NCBI RefSeq assembly: GCF_964199755.1
Contig: NC_133896.1
Coordinates: 203,271,471-203,335,470 of the forward strand
Origin: Larus michahellis
Lineage: Eukaryota
Reading direction: 5' to 3'
Length of the DNA stretch: 64,000 nt
Shown here: positions 12,036 through 24,192 of the stretch, one piece after another
How positions within the stretch are numbered: the stretch's first letter is position 1
How the letters are laid out: each line of letters begins with the position of its first letter
Program-made: the position numbers and the translations under genes
The notes under the pieces: model-generated
The model's database searches: none
The model's input: the letters and a program-made list of their open reading frames with translations, nothing else
What the model was told of the DNA's origin: nothing

Positions 12036-12717
12036 AAGCATGATGGACTGCCCACGCAAGGGACAAAAAACAGCATGACTTTGATGTCATCATGCTCTTT
12101 ACAAAATCAGTTTATAAAGCAAAGAAAACAAAATCATTTCTAAAATGTTTATCTCAGGGCAGGGCTGAAGATAATTTTTCCTTCTACTCATATCTTATTT
12201 TTAGGTAACGCGTGAATAGAGGATGGGTACTGCCCTTGATTTTGGAGCTCAAGAACTGCATTCCTATTTACCAAACTGAATGGAAGTTTTTGCTAAATCT
12301 TCTGTGTTGGCATAAACCAGCAAGATTGTACCTGAACAAAATAATGTTCATCGAGAACCTTATTCTACCACTATTACCCATATAGCTACTACTCATGATA
12401 CAAAGTAATGCCATTTAAAAGTCATCTATTAGAGTAGTAAGGATCAAGTGGCAGAATTCAGAGTATAAGATTTATCACTTTGAAAAAGAATAACTAAAAC
12501 CCAACCACACAAAAAGCATGCTTTCTGCATTCCAGGTTCAGATTCCTTGAATTGGAAAGCAGTGTCATGCAGCCTTACCACGTTCTTTTTTGGCTGTACA
12601 TCCACGAACCTTGAAACACAAATGTTTAAGGCAGCTTTCGTTAGCTGAATTCAGCTTGGATTTCAAAATGACAGGTGTAGCATCCTATACATAAATGACT
12701 ACTGATGGAAGACTTAC

Positions 12718-14472
12718 CTTAAGTGCCTCAGTAAGTCCTTCTTTAGGAGCCATAACATCACACTGACGTATCACCTTCATCATACACCTAGGTTGCAATG
12801 CTTCTTTTCTATCAGCTTGAAAATCAGGAACTTTGGGAGCAACTTGTTTTTTAATACTAGTCTTTTCAGAATTTGTGCCTGCAGGGGTGGCTGAACCAAT
12901 TACAGGAATCCGTATCGGAGCAACAGAACAGGGAACTGAATTAAATGAAGAATTCTGCATCGGAGCAGCACGAGGGGCGGCTGAACCAAATCCAGAATTC
13001 TGCATCAGAGCAGCACGAGGGGTGGCTGAGCCAAAGAAAAAACTCTGCATCGGAGCTGCACAAGGGGCAGATGAACCAAATCCAGAACTCTGCATCGGAG
13101 CAGCACAAGGGGCAGATGAACCAAATCCAGAACTCTGCATCGGAGCTGCACAAGGGGCAGATGAACCAAATCCAGAACTCTGCATCGGAGCTGCACAAGG
13201 GGCAGATGAACCAAATCCAGAACTCTGCATCGGAGCTGCACGAGGGGCAGATGAACCAAATCCAGAACTCTGCATCGGAGCTGCACGAGGGGCAGATGAA
13301 CCAAATCCAGAACTCTGCATCGGAGCTGCACGAGGGGCAGATGAACCAAATCCAGAACTCTGCATCGGAGCTGCACGAGGGGCAGATGAACCAAATCCAG
13401 AACTCTGCATCGGAGCTGCACGAGGGGCAGATGAACCAAATCCAGAACTCTGCATCGGAGCTGCACAAGGGGCAGATGAACCAAATCCAGAACTCTGCAT
13501 CGGAGCTGCACGAGGGGTGGCTGAGCCAAAGAAAGAACTCTGCATCGGAGCAGCACAAGGGGCAGATGAACCAAATCCAGAACTCTGCATCGGAGCAGCG
13601 CAAGGGGTGGCTGAGCCAAAGAAAGAACTCTGCATCGGAGCTGCACAAGGGGCAGATGAACCAAATCCAGAACTCTGCATCGGAGCAGCACAAGGGGCAG
13701 ATGAACCAAATCCAGAACTCTGCATCGGAGCTGCACAAGGGGCAGATGAACCAAATCCAGAACTCTGCATCGGAGCAGCACAAGGGGCAGATGAACCAAA
13801 TCCAGAACTCTGCATTGGAGCTGCAGAAGGGGTGGCTGAGCCAAAGAAAGAACTCTGCATCGGAGCAGCACAAGGGGCAGATGAACCAAATCCAGAACTC
13901 TGCATCGGAGCAGCGCAAGGGGCAGATGAACCAAATCCAGAACTCTGCATCGGAGCAGCGCAAGGGGCAGATGAACCAAATACAAAGCCCTGCATCGGAG
14001 CAACACCAGAAGAACTAGCTTGTTTCGTGCCTTTCACCGATGTTTGAAAAGAACAGGGAAGGGGAGGAGGAGGAGCAGGTTTAGGAGCATCTGCACAGAC
14101 ATGTGATTTTTTAAGTGCAGGTGTCTGAAGTGATTTTTGTTGAGTCAGATCAATTCCTCCCCCTGGCTTAGGTTTAAAACCAAACAATGAGAAAGGTTCA
14201 GCAGCTTGCGGCAGACAAAGTTCTTGTGGTGAAGGTGATCTTGTTCTCGATGATCCCTCCTTTGTGGTATCTCTATCAAAACTGAAACTTGATTTGAGAC
14301 TGCAAATACTACTTTCAAGTTCAGAAACATTTACAAAGTCCTGCACCGTGTATTTTGGTGACACGCTTTTTTGACTAACAGTAACTTCTTCCAGTAGCAA
14401 TTGTAAGCTTTCAGCTCCATCCTTCTCTCTTCGGAAGTCAGCTGCATTAAAGTTTACTTGTGTGAAACATTC
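12718..14472 (-). CDS. PARP4: PARP4 large low-complexity exon (585 codons): ECFTQVNFNAADFRREKDGAESLQLLLEEV…(SSGFGSSAP[C/R]AAPMQ)n…KVIRQCDVMAPKEGLTEALK
   Basis: Acceptor ctaaacag|GAA and donor AAG|GTAAGT, both in phase 0 with the neighbouring exons. Lies inside minus-strand ORF 12685..14523. Corresponds to the Ser/Pro/Ala-rich region of human PARP4 (…ASFGSAAPPRQFDASQFSQGP…; …LQIKCDTKDDSIPCFLELK), recalled. Confidence 0.8.
12955..14015. repeat. PARP4: 45-bp coding minisatellite, about 24 tandem copies. Major unit ctgcatcggagc(t/a)gcac(a/g)aggggcagatgaaccaaatccagaact. Variant unit …ggggtggctgagccaaagaaagaact….
   Basis: Strict 45-bp periodicity is visible in the sequence lines (register returns every 180 bp). 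About 90-100% identity between units. All six frames are open, which produces four spurious ORFs in the track. Confidence 0.95.
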
Positions 14473-15862
14473 CTGTTTAGTAAAATTACAAGGAAACAAA
14501 CAAAACAATTCCAGAATTAGCAAGATACTTTTCTCTTTTTGATTGAAACAATATTTCTTCTTATATTGTATGCAGTATTATTATACTGTCATTCACATGT
14601 TAAAAATGAAAGTAATATACCAGTTAAACTAAAAATTTCTTACCTTATTCTACCTTACACTGGGCAAATTCAGAAGAAAATTTGACTGTGACAAAATATG
14701 AGCAGAGAGGTATTTTATATTATTAAGATAATGATTAATATGATGATGATTATGAGCCAAGGAAGTTCCAGTGAACAATACTGTTGTACATACACAGAAG
14801 ATAGATCTACACAAATTGAAGCCTGGATCCTGCTTGTGCTACAATTCTGGCACATGTACCAGCTGAGGTCCAGTGGCTGCTGCATGCCAGCTAGTGAGCC
14901 AGGGCTCTACTGCCACCATACACCAACGCAGATGTTTGGAACTCCTCTGCCTAGGAGTTCTTGGGCCAAAGGATCAGGAAAATGGCTTTATATGAGCTGA
15001 CCTAAGTTACAGAACACACACCCAGATACTGTTCTAAATAACTCACAATACATTACAGACTACAGGCTGAGATGATGCTCCCAAGTTGTATTAAATGCAC
15101 ACCATGGTCATGCACAACATAATTTAATAGACAAATAGTAATTTTCTTGAATCCCCTACACAATTTGGAGATGTAAAGCTTTAATCTGTTAAGACTTTAC
15201 AGACTGACAGAATTGTACCTGCTGACTAACTGATGCAGGCATCTCTTGTAGTTTCCAAAGTCAAGAGAGAGCTACGATAACTAGCAAACATCCAATTTCA
15301 CTAGTTCAAGTTTCTCCCATTGTTCCTCCCTCATCCCAGAGATTGTCCCATTGCATGCTAGCAACGTGTTCGCTTCTTTCAGTCATGCTTAGCCCCATTC
15401 CTAGTGGTCTCTCTGCTTTGGCTGTACCTCTCTGCTAGTGGAGACTTCGTTAAGGATCAATACCTTGATTTTCCTTGAAACTCCCCCTTCCCGCTCATGT
15501 TTCTTAGAGTTGAATTTAAGACTTCATCTACACTAGTATATTCTTATGAGAGAATGCTCTAATACGTGTTAGTTTCTTCTGGAAGGGAGAAAAAGTCTGT
15601 ATTATCATATTGTCTCTCAAAACTTCTGCTGCGCTCACAATATCTTTAAGTATACTTTATTTTTGGGACAGGTTCCTCCAAATTTTCATGTGTATAATAA
15701 AATTCCACACAGTACTTTTGTGGCATTAATTATATTCAAAACAATTAAAAGTTGAACAGATTTCATGAACAATTACTAGATGGTTAAACATGCAATACAG
15801 CACCACAATTGGATAATATACCAAAAACGTTAGCAATAAGAACATACATTGAACGTAGTTAC

Positions 15863-16009
15863 TGTGTCAAAGGCAAATTCTTCTGCAAATAAGGAGTCAG
15901 ATTCCATCAACTTTTGGTCCCAGTCCATGTAAGGTAAAAAATCTACATCTTCTTGAGCTATAATTTCCAGGATGTCTGGAGCATCAGCAGAACAAGTTTC
16001 ATTAGCATC
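15863..16009 (-). CDS. PARP4: PARP4 exon: DANETCSADAPDILEIIAQEDVDFLPYMDWDQKLMESDSLFAEEFAFDT
   Basis: Acceptor ttaatttag|GAT and donor ACA|GTAACT. Human reads DENESPFPDIPKVSELIAKEDVDFLPYMSWQGE. Confidence 0.8.
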
Positions 16010-16305
16010 CTAAATTAAAATGCATCACAGTTATGAACCTGAAAAGTCTCTGGCATTATAGAGACAGTGTGTTTTCCTTTGGGAGGTTGAAATGTGTTGA
16101 AAACAGGGAATAAGCAGACCATGCAGTATATACAAAAACCAGAAAATGTAACTTCACATTTTTTACTATATTAAGGGACAATGTATTGCCAGTAATTAGA
16201 TGCACATGAAATATAAAGGCGGACAGCATATATTTGTATGTGTAATTTGTTCAAATCCACTTAATTGAAATAAAATCCAAATCTTGCGCAGTTCACAGAG
16301 TGATC

Positions 16306-16580
16306 ACAGAATCACAGAATGGTTGGGGTTGGAAGGGACCTCTGGAGATCATCTAGTCCAACCCCCCTGCCAGAGCAGGGTCACCCAGAGCAGGCTGCAC
16401 AGGAACGCGTCCAGGCGGGTTTTGAATGTCTCCAGAGACGGAGACTCCACCACCTCTCTGGGCAGCCTGTTCCAGTGCTCTGTCACCCTCAAAGTAAAGA
16501 AGTTCCTTCTCATGTTTAGGTGGAACTTCCTAGGCTCAAGTTTGTGCCTGTTACCTCTTGTCCTGTCCTTGTTCTTTTTA
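16306..16580 (-). mobile_element. CR1 3' fragment (reverse orientation)
   Basis: Carries atcacagaatcacagaatggttggggttggaagggacctctggagatcatctagtccaaccc…ctgggcagcctgttccagtgc, the reverse complement of the CR1 terminus. Confidence 0.8.
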
Positions 16581-18682
16581 TCAGAATCCTATTGCTACCC
16601 TTTAAAGGAAAGCAAACGTAAGTGTTATTATAGATGTGTTTAAATTACTTTGCATTGTGCAAAATCACGTTAAGAAGACAAATTACGTAGCATAATACAG
16701 TGACAAGCTGAGTGGGCTAGTTTGGATATTTCTGCATGTCACTGCATTGTGTTATGTAGGTGTTTTTGTCTTAAGACGTCTGCAATGTTTTGTTCCACTG
16801 GGTCAAAAAAATCATCCTAGACTATAAATGAGATTAAATCTATTATATTTATGGACATAATTCAAACATAACCTTCTGCAAGTCTGTTTTTTGAAAGACA
16901 ATGTATCGACAAGGGGAAACTGAATCTTTTGAAGAATTGTAAAACCAGATATATAAAAATCAGAATGACAGATAATAATCTGTTGACACCCTTCATAAAC
17001 AACTAGTTCATTAAATCACACAGGTGTTTCCTTGCTAATCTGCAACACATTTTTTCTTCTGAATATCGCTTCTGTTATGTACCAGATGGAATATTCAGGT
17101 GCATTACAGAAAGATATTTAAATTGACTCAGTTGAGTTATCTTATTTTGAAAAGCAGTCCTTGACCTGGGAATATCTAATAATGCCACAGTGTTGCATTT
17201 TATAGTTGCTTTTTAATGAGACATTTTTTGGAATGCATGTCTGTCTTTTGATGTTTAATTGCAAACGTTGGAGTTGTTACTCAGGAACACAGCAGTTCCA
17301 AAAAAATCCAACTTTTATAATGAAAATATGCTACTGGTATTGGTTCTTTCATAATAATGGAGACATCAAGACAAAACAGTAAAAATAGGAAAAGGTATCC
17401 TTGTTTTATCCAGCATTTCCACTGAGTTCTTCTTTCAGGCCTACTTTTATTTATATTAATGTATGTCGTGGTTTGAGGTAAAGGAGAACCATGTGGACTT
17501 TGGCTTTCCTAATGATGCTTCTGCATGCTCAGATATATGCTCTATATTCCTTCCACGTTAACTGTCCCTGCTTCCGCTGTCAGTGTATTTCCTTTTTATG
17601 TTAGAATTTTTCCAGGAGTTCCTTGTTCATCCATGTTCATGCCAGGCATTTTTGCCTGACTTCCTGTTCATTAGGATAGACTGCTCTTGAGCTTAGAGGA
17701 AGGATCTTAGAGAAGATCCTTGAATCTGAAATAGTGACTACAGGTAACTCCTATAATCTGTGCTGAGAAAAAGACGTCTTGAGAAAATTAATCTGAACTG
17801 GATTAGGTATTTAACTTTAGGATGAGATGAATCAAGCTCTAGAAATATCTATTTATTTATTTAGACGATGAGAGGAAGACAAATGTGACTGACTGATTTA
17901 TTGCTAAATGTACACACACGTATTTGGTCAGATGAATCCCCATTCTCTGTGCCCCAAATAGCGCTTAATCCAACTGATGTCATCTTGCTTATCGTGATAC
18001 AGCTTTCTGTTTGAAAACTCTCCTTACTGACCCTTGAATTTCAAGGTTGTAATTTATATGAATTTCTTTCTATTTGTTGCAAAGCTTTTGTTTCTCCTAC
18101 CACTGTTCTAATACTGAACACAAATGAAAAAGCTCCACAGTTTACTGCAATATTAAAGAGATTTTTTTCAAGCTTTGCTTTCCTTGTGACTTCCACCTCA
18201 TACAGACTCCCCTAGAACGACTTTTGCCAATACAAAATCCATTACTTCAGCAATCCATGGCTAGAGTGGCCTGTTTGCTATAGTTTGGCATCCTTATTTT
18301 TTACAAGAAACAGTTCTGTGGCTTATGCAGCCAGGATTGAAGAGTACTCCTCATCTGGCCTTGTCTTTTGACCTGTCTGACTCCCACAGCACTATGAGGA
18401 ATTGCAAACCACGTAGCAAATCACAACAGGAACAAAACACACAGATTGACAAATTTTGATTGTAAAGTAGGGACAGGCAATATAAGAGATAGAAAAGGAA
18501 AATAACTTGCTATATTGCAGAAGAAACCAAAATTATGTCAAAAATATTAGTGTTAGCTCTACCGTAAAGGAATAATCATTGTTTAGCAAAAGGAGGACTG
18601 CTTTGATATGTACAAGGCTACAGAATTTAGAGTCTTTTGATAGAGAAGCTAGTGGGAACAAGATATCATACAGAAAACATAC

Positions 18683-18778
18683 CCTTTTCTCAACTGCAAC
18701 GAAGCTTGTAAACTGGCTTATAATTGAGTTCTCCAAGCTGAGCTGAATAATCATGTTTTTCAAGAGTTGTTTCTTCAT
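18683..18778 (-). CDS. PARP4: PARP4 exon: MKKQLLKNMIIQLSLENSIISQFTSFVAVEKR
   Basis: Human reads MKKQTLKSLIIKLSKENSLITQFTSFVAVEKR. Acceptor caatctag|ATG and donor AGG|GTATGT. Confidence 0.85.
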
Positions 18779-19422
18779 CTAGATTGTTAAGCATTAACAA
18801 AAGGAACAAGCATAAAAAACACAGTCAGCTAAAAGAAACATTGATGTCAAAACTGAACACATACCTATGAACACATGTGCTCTAAATAGAGACATGTAAA
18901 AGGAAGAGCTCATATGAATATATTGGCCTGCCTAACTGTCTGCTCCCTTCTAACTCTACTCCCTCAACAGAACTTTGGGCAGGGATACACATTTCCTCTA
19001 GTTAGACTTCTTTGGGTTCTATCCTCCTTCTAGTGTAAGAAGCAGACGTATTTTGTAAGAAGAATTAGTCTGAAGTCTCAAATAAGCCAAGATGGCAATA
19101 TGGTAAGTTTTTAAGTAGCTAAAAGATATTTTTTTAACAGATCATCAGATCGTTAAATCTGTTTATCTATAAAACACAGGTCATTATCTTCCACCATATC
19201 CTATACAAAAGCTATGGACTTTCGCTGGACTGATACGTATTGATCTATGTGAAACTAAAATGTTGTATGTCAGAAAAAGAAGAATCACCAATGGCCTCCA
19301 ATGACATAGTATAGATTAGGAAAAATATGCAGACATCATGCCAATAGAGGACATTCTTACAGTGGGGAAGAAGAAAAGACTGTCCCAAAAGTTTTCAAAA
19401 TCTTATCTAGGAGGATATTACT

Positions 19423-19999
19423 TGTCCTGGTTCCAGCTGGGATGGAGTTAACTTTTTTTTTAGCAGCTGCTGTAGTGCTATGTTTGGGATTTGGGATGAG
19501 AAATAGTGTTGATGGCACACTGGTGGTTTTGGTTGTTGCTCAGCACTCAAGGCCGTTTCTGCTCCTCACACCGCCCCACCAGCGAGCAGGCTGGGGGGGC
19601 ACAAGAAGTTGGGGGAGACACAGCTGGCACAGCTGACCCCAACTGACCAAAGGGATATTCCATGCCATGGGACGTCATGCTCAGTATATAAAGCTGGGGG
19701 AAGAAGAAGGAAGGGGGGATGTTCAGAGTTATGGCGTTTGTCTTCCCAAGTAACCGTTACCCATGATGGAGCCCTGCTTCCCTGGGGATGGCTGAACACC
19801 TGCCCGCCCATGGGAAGCAGTGAATGAACTCGTTTTGCTTTGCTTGTGTGAGCAGCTTTTGCTTTACTTATTAAACTGTCTTTAACTCAACCCAAGAGTT
19901 TTTTCACTTTTACTCTTCTGATTCTCTCCCCCCATCCAAACTGGAGGGGCGTGAGTGAGCAGCTGTGTGGTTCTAATTGCTAGCTGGGGTTAAACCATG
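19423..19999 (+). mobile_element. Solo ERV LTR (about 577 bp, TG…CA)
   Basis: Second copy of the 7073-7390 family. Contains the tataaagctggggg TATA-like box and a U5-like tail …ctggggttaaaccatgaca. The small ORF 19609..19827 duplicates ORF 7264..7446 and is LTR-derived, not a gene. Confidence 0.75.
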
Positions 20000-20149
20000 A
20001 CATTGCTATACGGTGAATTTAACCTTAAAGTGATTTAGAATTGCAACCTTCTAGTTATATTTAACAAAGCAAGAAAATTGTCTGTATCTCACTGAAATGT
20101 TTAATATTTAGCATTTTAAATTTATACTTTTTATTTCAGATTATCAAAC

Positions 20150-20230
20150 CTCATGTTCTGTTTCGTTCTCATGAAGAATCCCATCCTCATAGTCATTAAT
20201 GAAAGCTCTTGCTGCAAGTTTGTGTAGAAC
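20150..20230 (-). CDS. PARP4: PARP4 exon: VLHKLAARAFINDYEDGILHENETEHE
   Basis: Human reads MIHKLAARALIRDYEDGILHENETSHE. Acceptor ttcttcctag|GTT and donor GAG|GTTTGA. Confidence 0.85.
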
Positions 20231-22126
20231 CTAGGAAGAAAACTAAACTGATGATTACAGCAGCAACTTACTTTTTTTTTTTTTTTAAATTCTTCCTTTC
20301 ATTTATGAGGTCCAGCTTCAGGCAATTAGCTTCCATATTTGCACAGAATCCCATTCTCTAAGGAAGGGTCAAGCTAATTTTCCATTTGAAAAGCAATCAC
20401 AACCTACATCTAAGGTACATCTTTATTTCACTTAATTTCAGCAAACTCAAAATATCCAGATCTTCACTTGTTGCACACATTCTCTCTAGAGTTATGGGTG
20501 AGGAGAAATAAAGCAGGCATGCAAATAAACAAAAACTTCACCAGGCAATCAATCCCAACTTGAAATGGCTAACTAATACAGGTAGGAAGAATGCCCCTTC
20601 TGGATGCACACATTTTTCTCCAGTGCCTGTAAACAGAGCCTGGCAACTACCATGGATTTAACCAACAATTTCTATATAGGTTAAATTCGGTAAATTAATC
20701 TTGTCCATAAAAATACAGAATTTGGGGTAAAAGTAAAGTGAGTCTTAGAGTGTTCAACTTTACAAAAAATCATTAGGTTTACCATAATCAAGTAATTTTT
20801 GACCTGAGGGGCTGTACACAGAAAAGGGAAATACTGAACTGTACTAACCAGAAATTACTTTTTTGAACTAAACCAGTCTTCTATAGAAAAGAAGAAAAAT
20901 TTTGGTGTCTTCAATATGTTAAAGCTAACAAAAAGAGTGAGCTCTGTGGGGGCAGTGTGGTCAAGTCCAGCTGTGTTCCAGTTCCAATTGCCAAAACATT
21001 CCCACTGGCTCATTTTTGGAAGAATATGATAGATGCCAAAGAGAGCCATTTCTGAAGAAAATCTCCTAAGCAAATAGTTATTTTTTGAGCTAAGGTAAAT
21101 TGGCAAAAGAAACAGGTAGGAATTATCAGAGTTCATCTAAAGCATCAGGAATTATTTTTTTTTTCTAAATTTGGCTTGTTTTTGTCATTTTGCCATTTCA
21201 ATTTGCACCTTTCAAAACTTAGTTTTCTTAACCGCACCTGGAATTTGTAGTACAAGTATTTTTCCAGAAGCAAAAATTCATTATAGCAAGCAAATACATT
21301 GCTTCTGCTTGCCAATTTTATTTGCCTGTAGATGGCACATCCCTGGGAACCAACTGTCCTTATGGAAACCAAGAGTCCTTACAGAAACCAACACAACCAA
21401 CACATCCATGGAAACCAACCCATGATAGTAGCTTTCAAAGTAGATTACACTAAATAGGGAACAATATCATTTATATTTGAAAACAAATCAGCTTCCCTTA
21501 GTGGGGAAGGAGAGACAGTCATATCAGAATTATTACTGCAGGTTGACTATTCTTTTGATTTTTTTCAAGTGTAGACACCTGTTAGATTTAATAAATGGTT
21601 CTTTTTAGCTTGTTTTCATTTTCACAATGGGTGCTGTGCTTTCCTCTGCATAAAGGCTCTGTACTTGATTGTTACTGAAGCAGAGGAAAGGCTTGTAAAA
21701 TTTTACTGTCCCTTTTTCCATACATTTCTAGGGATGACAGACTAGCGATAAGATGTTCCACGTAGCAACAATTTACAACATGAAAGAGAATGCAGCAGCC
21801 TCTTCACAGGAGTAACCTGAAGAACAGCCAAGCCAAAGATAAAGCTGGAGCCCAAACAGGCTGCCAAAATAAGAAGCAGCGCTGCCTATTCTGAGAAGCT
21901 TAAGTTTTATGTTAGAAAGCACAGAGAAAGGTGACACTTCTACGTAAAACAGCTTCCATTTAAAAGTCTGAAAACTGAAGGTCTGCTTTAAAACATCAGA
22001 AGCAAAAGTGCAAGAGCTGCTGAAAACAGGGATTTCAATTCCTTCAAAAGAGCACGAAGCAGCATGTAGTTGTTTAAAGCATCTTGTCTCACTATGGCAT
22101 GTACAAACAATGCTGGCCAAACTCAC

Positions 22127-22207
22127 TGTTCCTGTTGTCTTTTGTAGTTCAGTAGTTGACACCACAGTCTGTAGTTCTTGGTCATTTATTATTGCACTTA
22201 AGGTGGC
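22127..22207 (-). CDS. PARP4: PARP4 exon: ATLSAIINDQELQTVVSTTELQKTTGT
   Basis: Human reads ATLCALIQEKEFRTMVSTTELQKTTGT. Flanked by AG and GTGAGT. Confidence 0.85.
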
Positions 22208-22639
22208 CTAAAAGGAAAAAAAATAATACTGTTTCCTTCTCTCTCATGCTGCGTTACCAGCACACACGCATGCTGTTCTGTTTTCCGAATATAACTCGGA
22301 ATATAAACAAAACCAAATATAACTTACAAACCTGTAAGCCTTTGCATGTCTAGGTTTATAAATATTTCCCCTTTCAACAAGGGGACAGTCACAAGTAAAG
22401 GAATCCTGTATTTATCAAAGCACAATGATAGGAACGTTAAATTAGGTAACTTTTTCCTCTCCACTTCTTAGAGGGAAGACTAATAATGACAATTAAATAG
22501 TAACTTAATTACATTTAGCAATGAAAAAGAAGGTAAGTGCATGCTGCACAGAGGATATATAATACAATGTAATATCTCCTTTGTGATTGTTTTACATAAG
22601 AATTTCTATGCAGTAGTGCATGTGCATTCCAGTCTTTAC

Positions 22640-22810
22640 CTGAGTACAGTGAGGGATGAATCCATAGACAAGAAGTCTCTCATTGTTAAATAACGACTGT
22701 ATTTGAGCAGGAGCCTGCATTGGCTCTGGTGCACCTGTATTGAACTGTTGCCATTTAATAGAAACTGAACTGCATCCTGGAGACAACATTCTAGATACCT
22801 GGCTCTGTAT
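22640..22810 (-). CDS. PARP4: PARP4 exon: IQSQVSRMLSPGCSSVSIKWQQFNTGAPEPMQAPAQIQSLFNNERLLVYGFIPHCTQ
   Basis: Human reads IEDQMTRLCSPSCHSVSVKWQQLNPDVPEALQAPAQVPSLFLNDRLLVYGFIPHCTQ. Donor CAG|GTAAAG. Confidence 0.9.
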
Positions 22811-24092
22811 CTGTGTAAAGAAGCAAAATAAATTAGCTCTGTTAGCAGGCTTTCAAAAGAAAATGTAATCTCTCAATAGAAAATAACATGTTTCCCACAT
22901 GAATGGAACTAATTTCTTCTTTTTTTTAAACAACTAAAACAAGCCACATACTATTAGTGGTAAAAATGAGTCTAATGTTTGGAGGTAATAGGGAGAATCA
23001 CTCAGACATTATTGTACTGGCTTCTGGAATAATGAGACTTCTTTTAAGTAAAAGCTGAAATTTGAGAGTAAAGTTTTTATCCATCAGGGTTGCCAAACAG
23101 GCCAGGGAGTATAGCCTGCTAAACTTAGCACCATCCCCTACACGTGAACTCTGAGACATGCAAGCAGTTCTGCACATCTCCATGGCCTGCTCTGGATAGT
23201 TCTGCATATATCACTCAAATGACAGCCAGAATGGCAAGAGGAGAAATCTATGCTTTCATCCATTCCCCCGGGCAAAAGTGCGCCAGACACTCAACTAGCC
23301 TTGCTGCAGCACCTTTTCTACTGTCACTGTTCCAGGAGGGACCAGATTCAAGGCATAGGATAGTGCTGTAGACACATAACTATAGATGGAAACTGAAAAG
23401 CACCACATACCGGGCCCTAGATTGCCTGAAACTTCTAGACGTGCCAACAGTCAAAAGTTACAGAATACAATTGCTACAGGCTTCATCACTATAGCAAGGA
23501 CAACGTAGATGGACTGTGACCTATGGCAGAAGTAAAGCCATGCTTTTCCATTCAGGGAAAATTGTTTATATAGCTTAATATTTTTTAAACTTTTTCCAAG
23601 TTGGTGTTATTGCACTTAGCAAGAAAAGTACAGAAGGTCTCTCAAAAAGAATAGAAAAAAAAATAAAAGAAGTCATGGCTTTCTTGTTTTCTTTTACAAA
23701 TTCAGTGACCAATCTGAATGAGAAGGTAGAGCAACTACAGGGACTAATTCTCTCCCTGATCAAAGAACTGAGGGTTCTGTACAGCTCTCATATCCCTTCC
23801 TATAGCACATGTGTTCCTGATGAAAATAAGGTAACTTTGTAATACTCAAACTAAATACTTCTCTTTCTCATTTAGTATCAATTTATAATTAAAATACAGG
23901 AAGCCTTAACAAGTATCTCTCCTTCCACCTTCTATCAAATGTTTCTTGGACTATCTCATTGAAATAGCAAAGACACATGATCCCATGAAAAGTAGTAATT
24001 CCCATTTTGAGATACTGAAGATATGCAGTATCAGATATTGATATAGCAGACAATGACCACATAGTGAATATAGTCAAGATTTATAAATGTAC

Positions 24093-24192
24093 CTTTGTCT
24101 CCCAGTTATACTTTGATTTCAGGTCAAAGTATTCAAATGCTCCAGCACCATATTGGGACAAAGATCTCAGCATGTGTCGATTTGCTGCGGAA
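24093..24192 (-). CDS. PARP4: PARP4 exon (vWA C-terminal part): (G)SAANRHMLRSLSQYGAGAFEYFDLKSKYNWETK
   Basis: Human reads STANRHVLRILSQCGAGVFEYFNAKSKHSWRKQ. Acceptor tttgttag|T in phase 2, matching the GG left by the previous exon. Confidence 0.85.

Larger units (their letters stand above)
12040..14700. repeat. Distal copy (B) of the tandem duplication. Contains the large PARP4 repeat exon.
   Basis: Same alignment as copy A. Copy B has an extra segment of about 2 kb (12425-14440) that carries the 1755-bp exon. Confidence 0.7.

Noticed and set aside
12579-12609. Possible 31-bp mini-exon VRGCTAKKER just downstream of the big PARP4 exon
   Set aside because: There is no convincing similarity to PARP4. 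The better downstream candidate is at 10092-10178, and this region is part of the duplicated intronic segment.
12833-14047. Four long overlapping ORFs on both strands: 12833..14047+, 12945..14018+, 12941..13963- and 13005..14006-
   Set aside because: They are artefacts of the 45-bp minisatellite, which has no stop in any frame. Only the minus-strand frame continuous with PARP4 (ORF 12685..14523) is coding.
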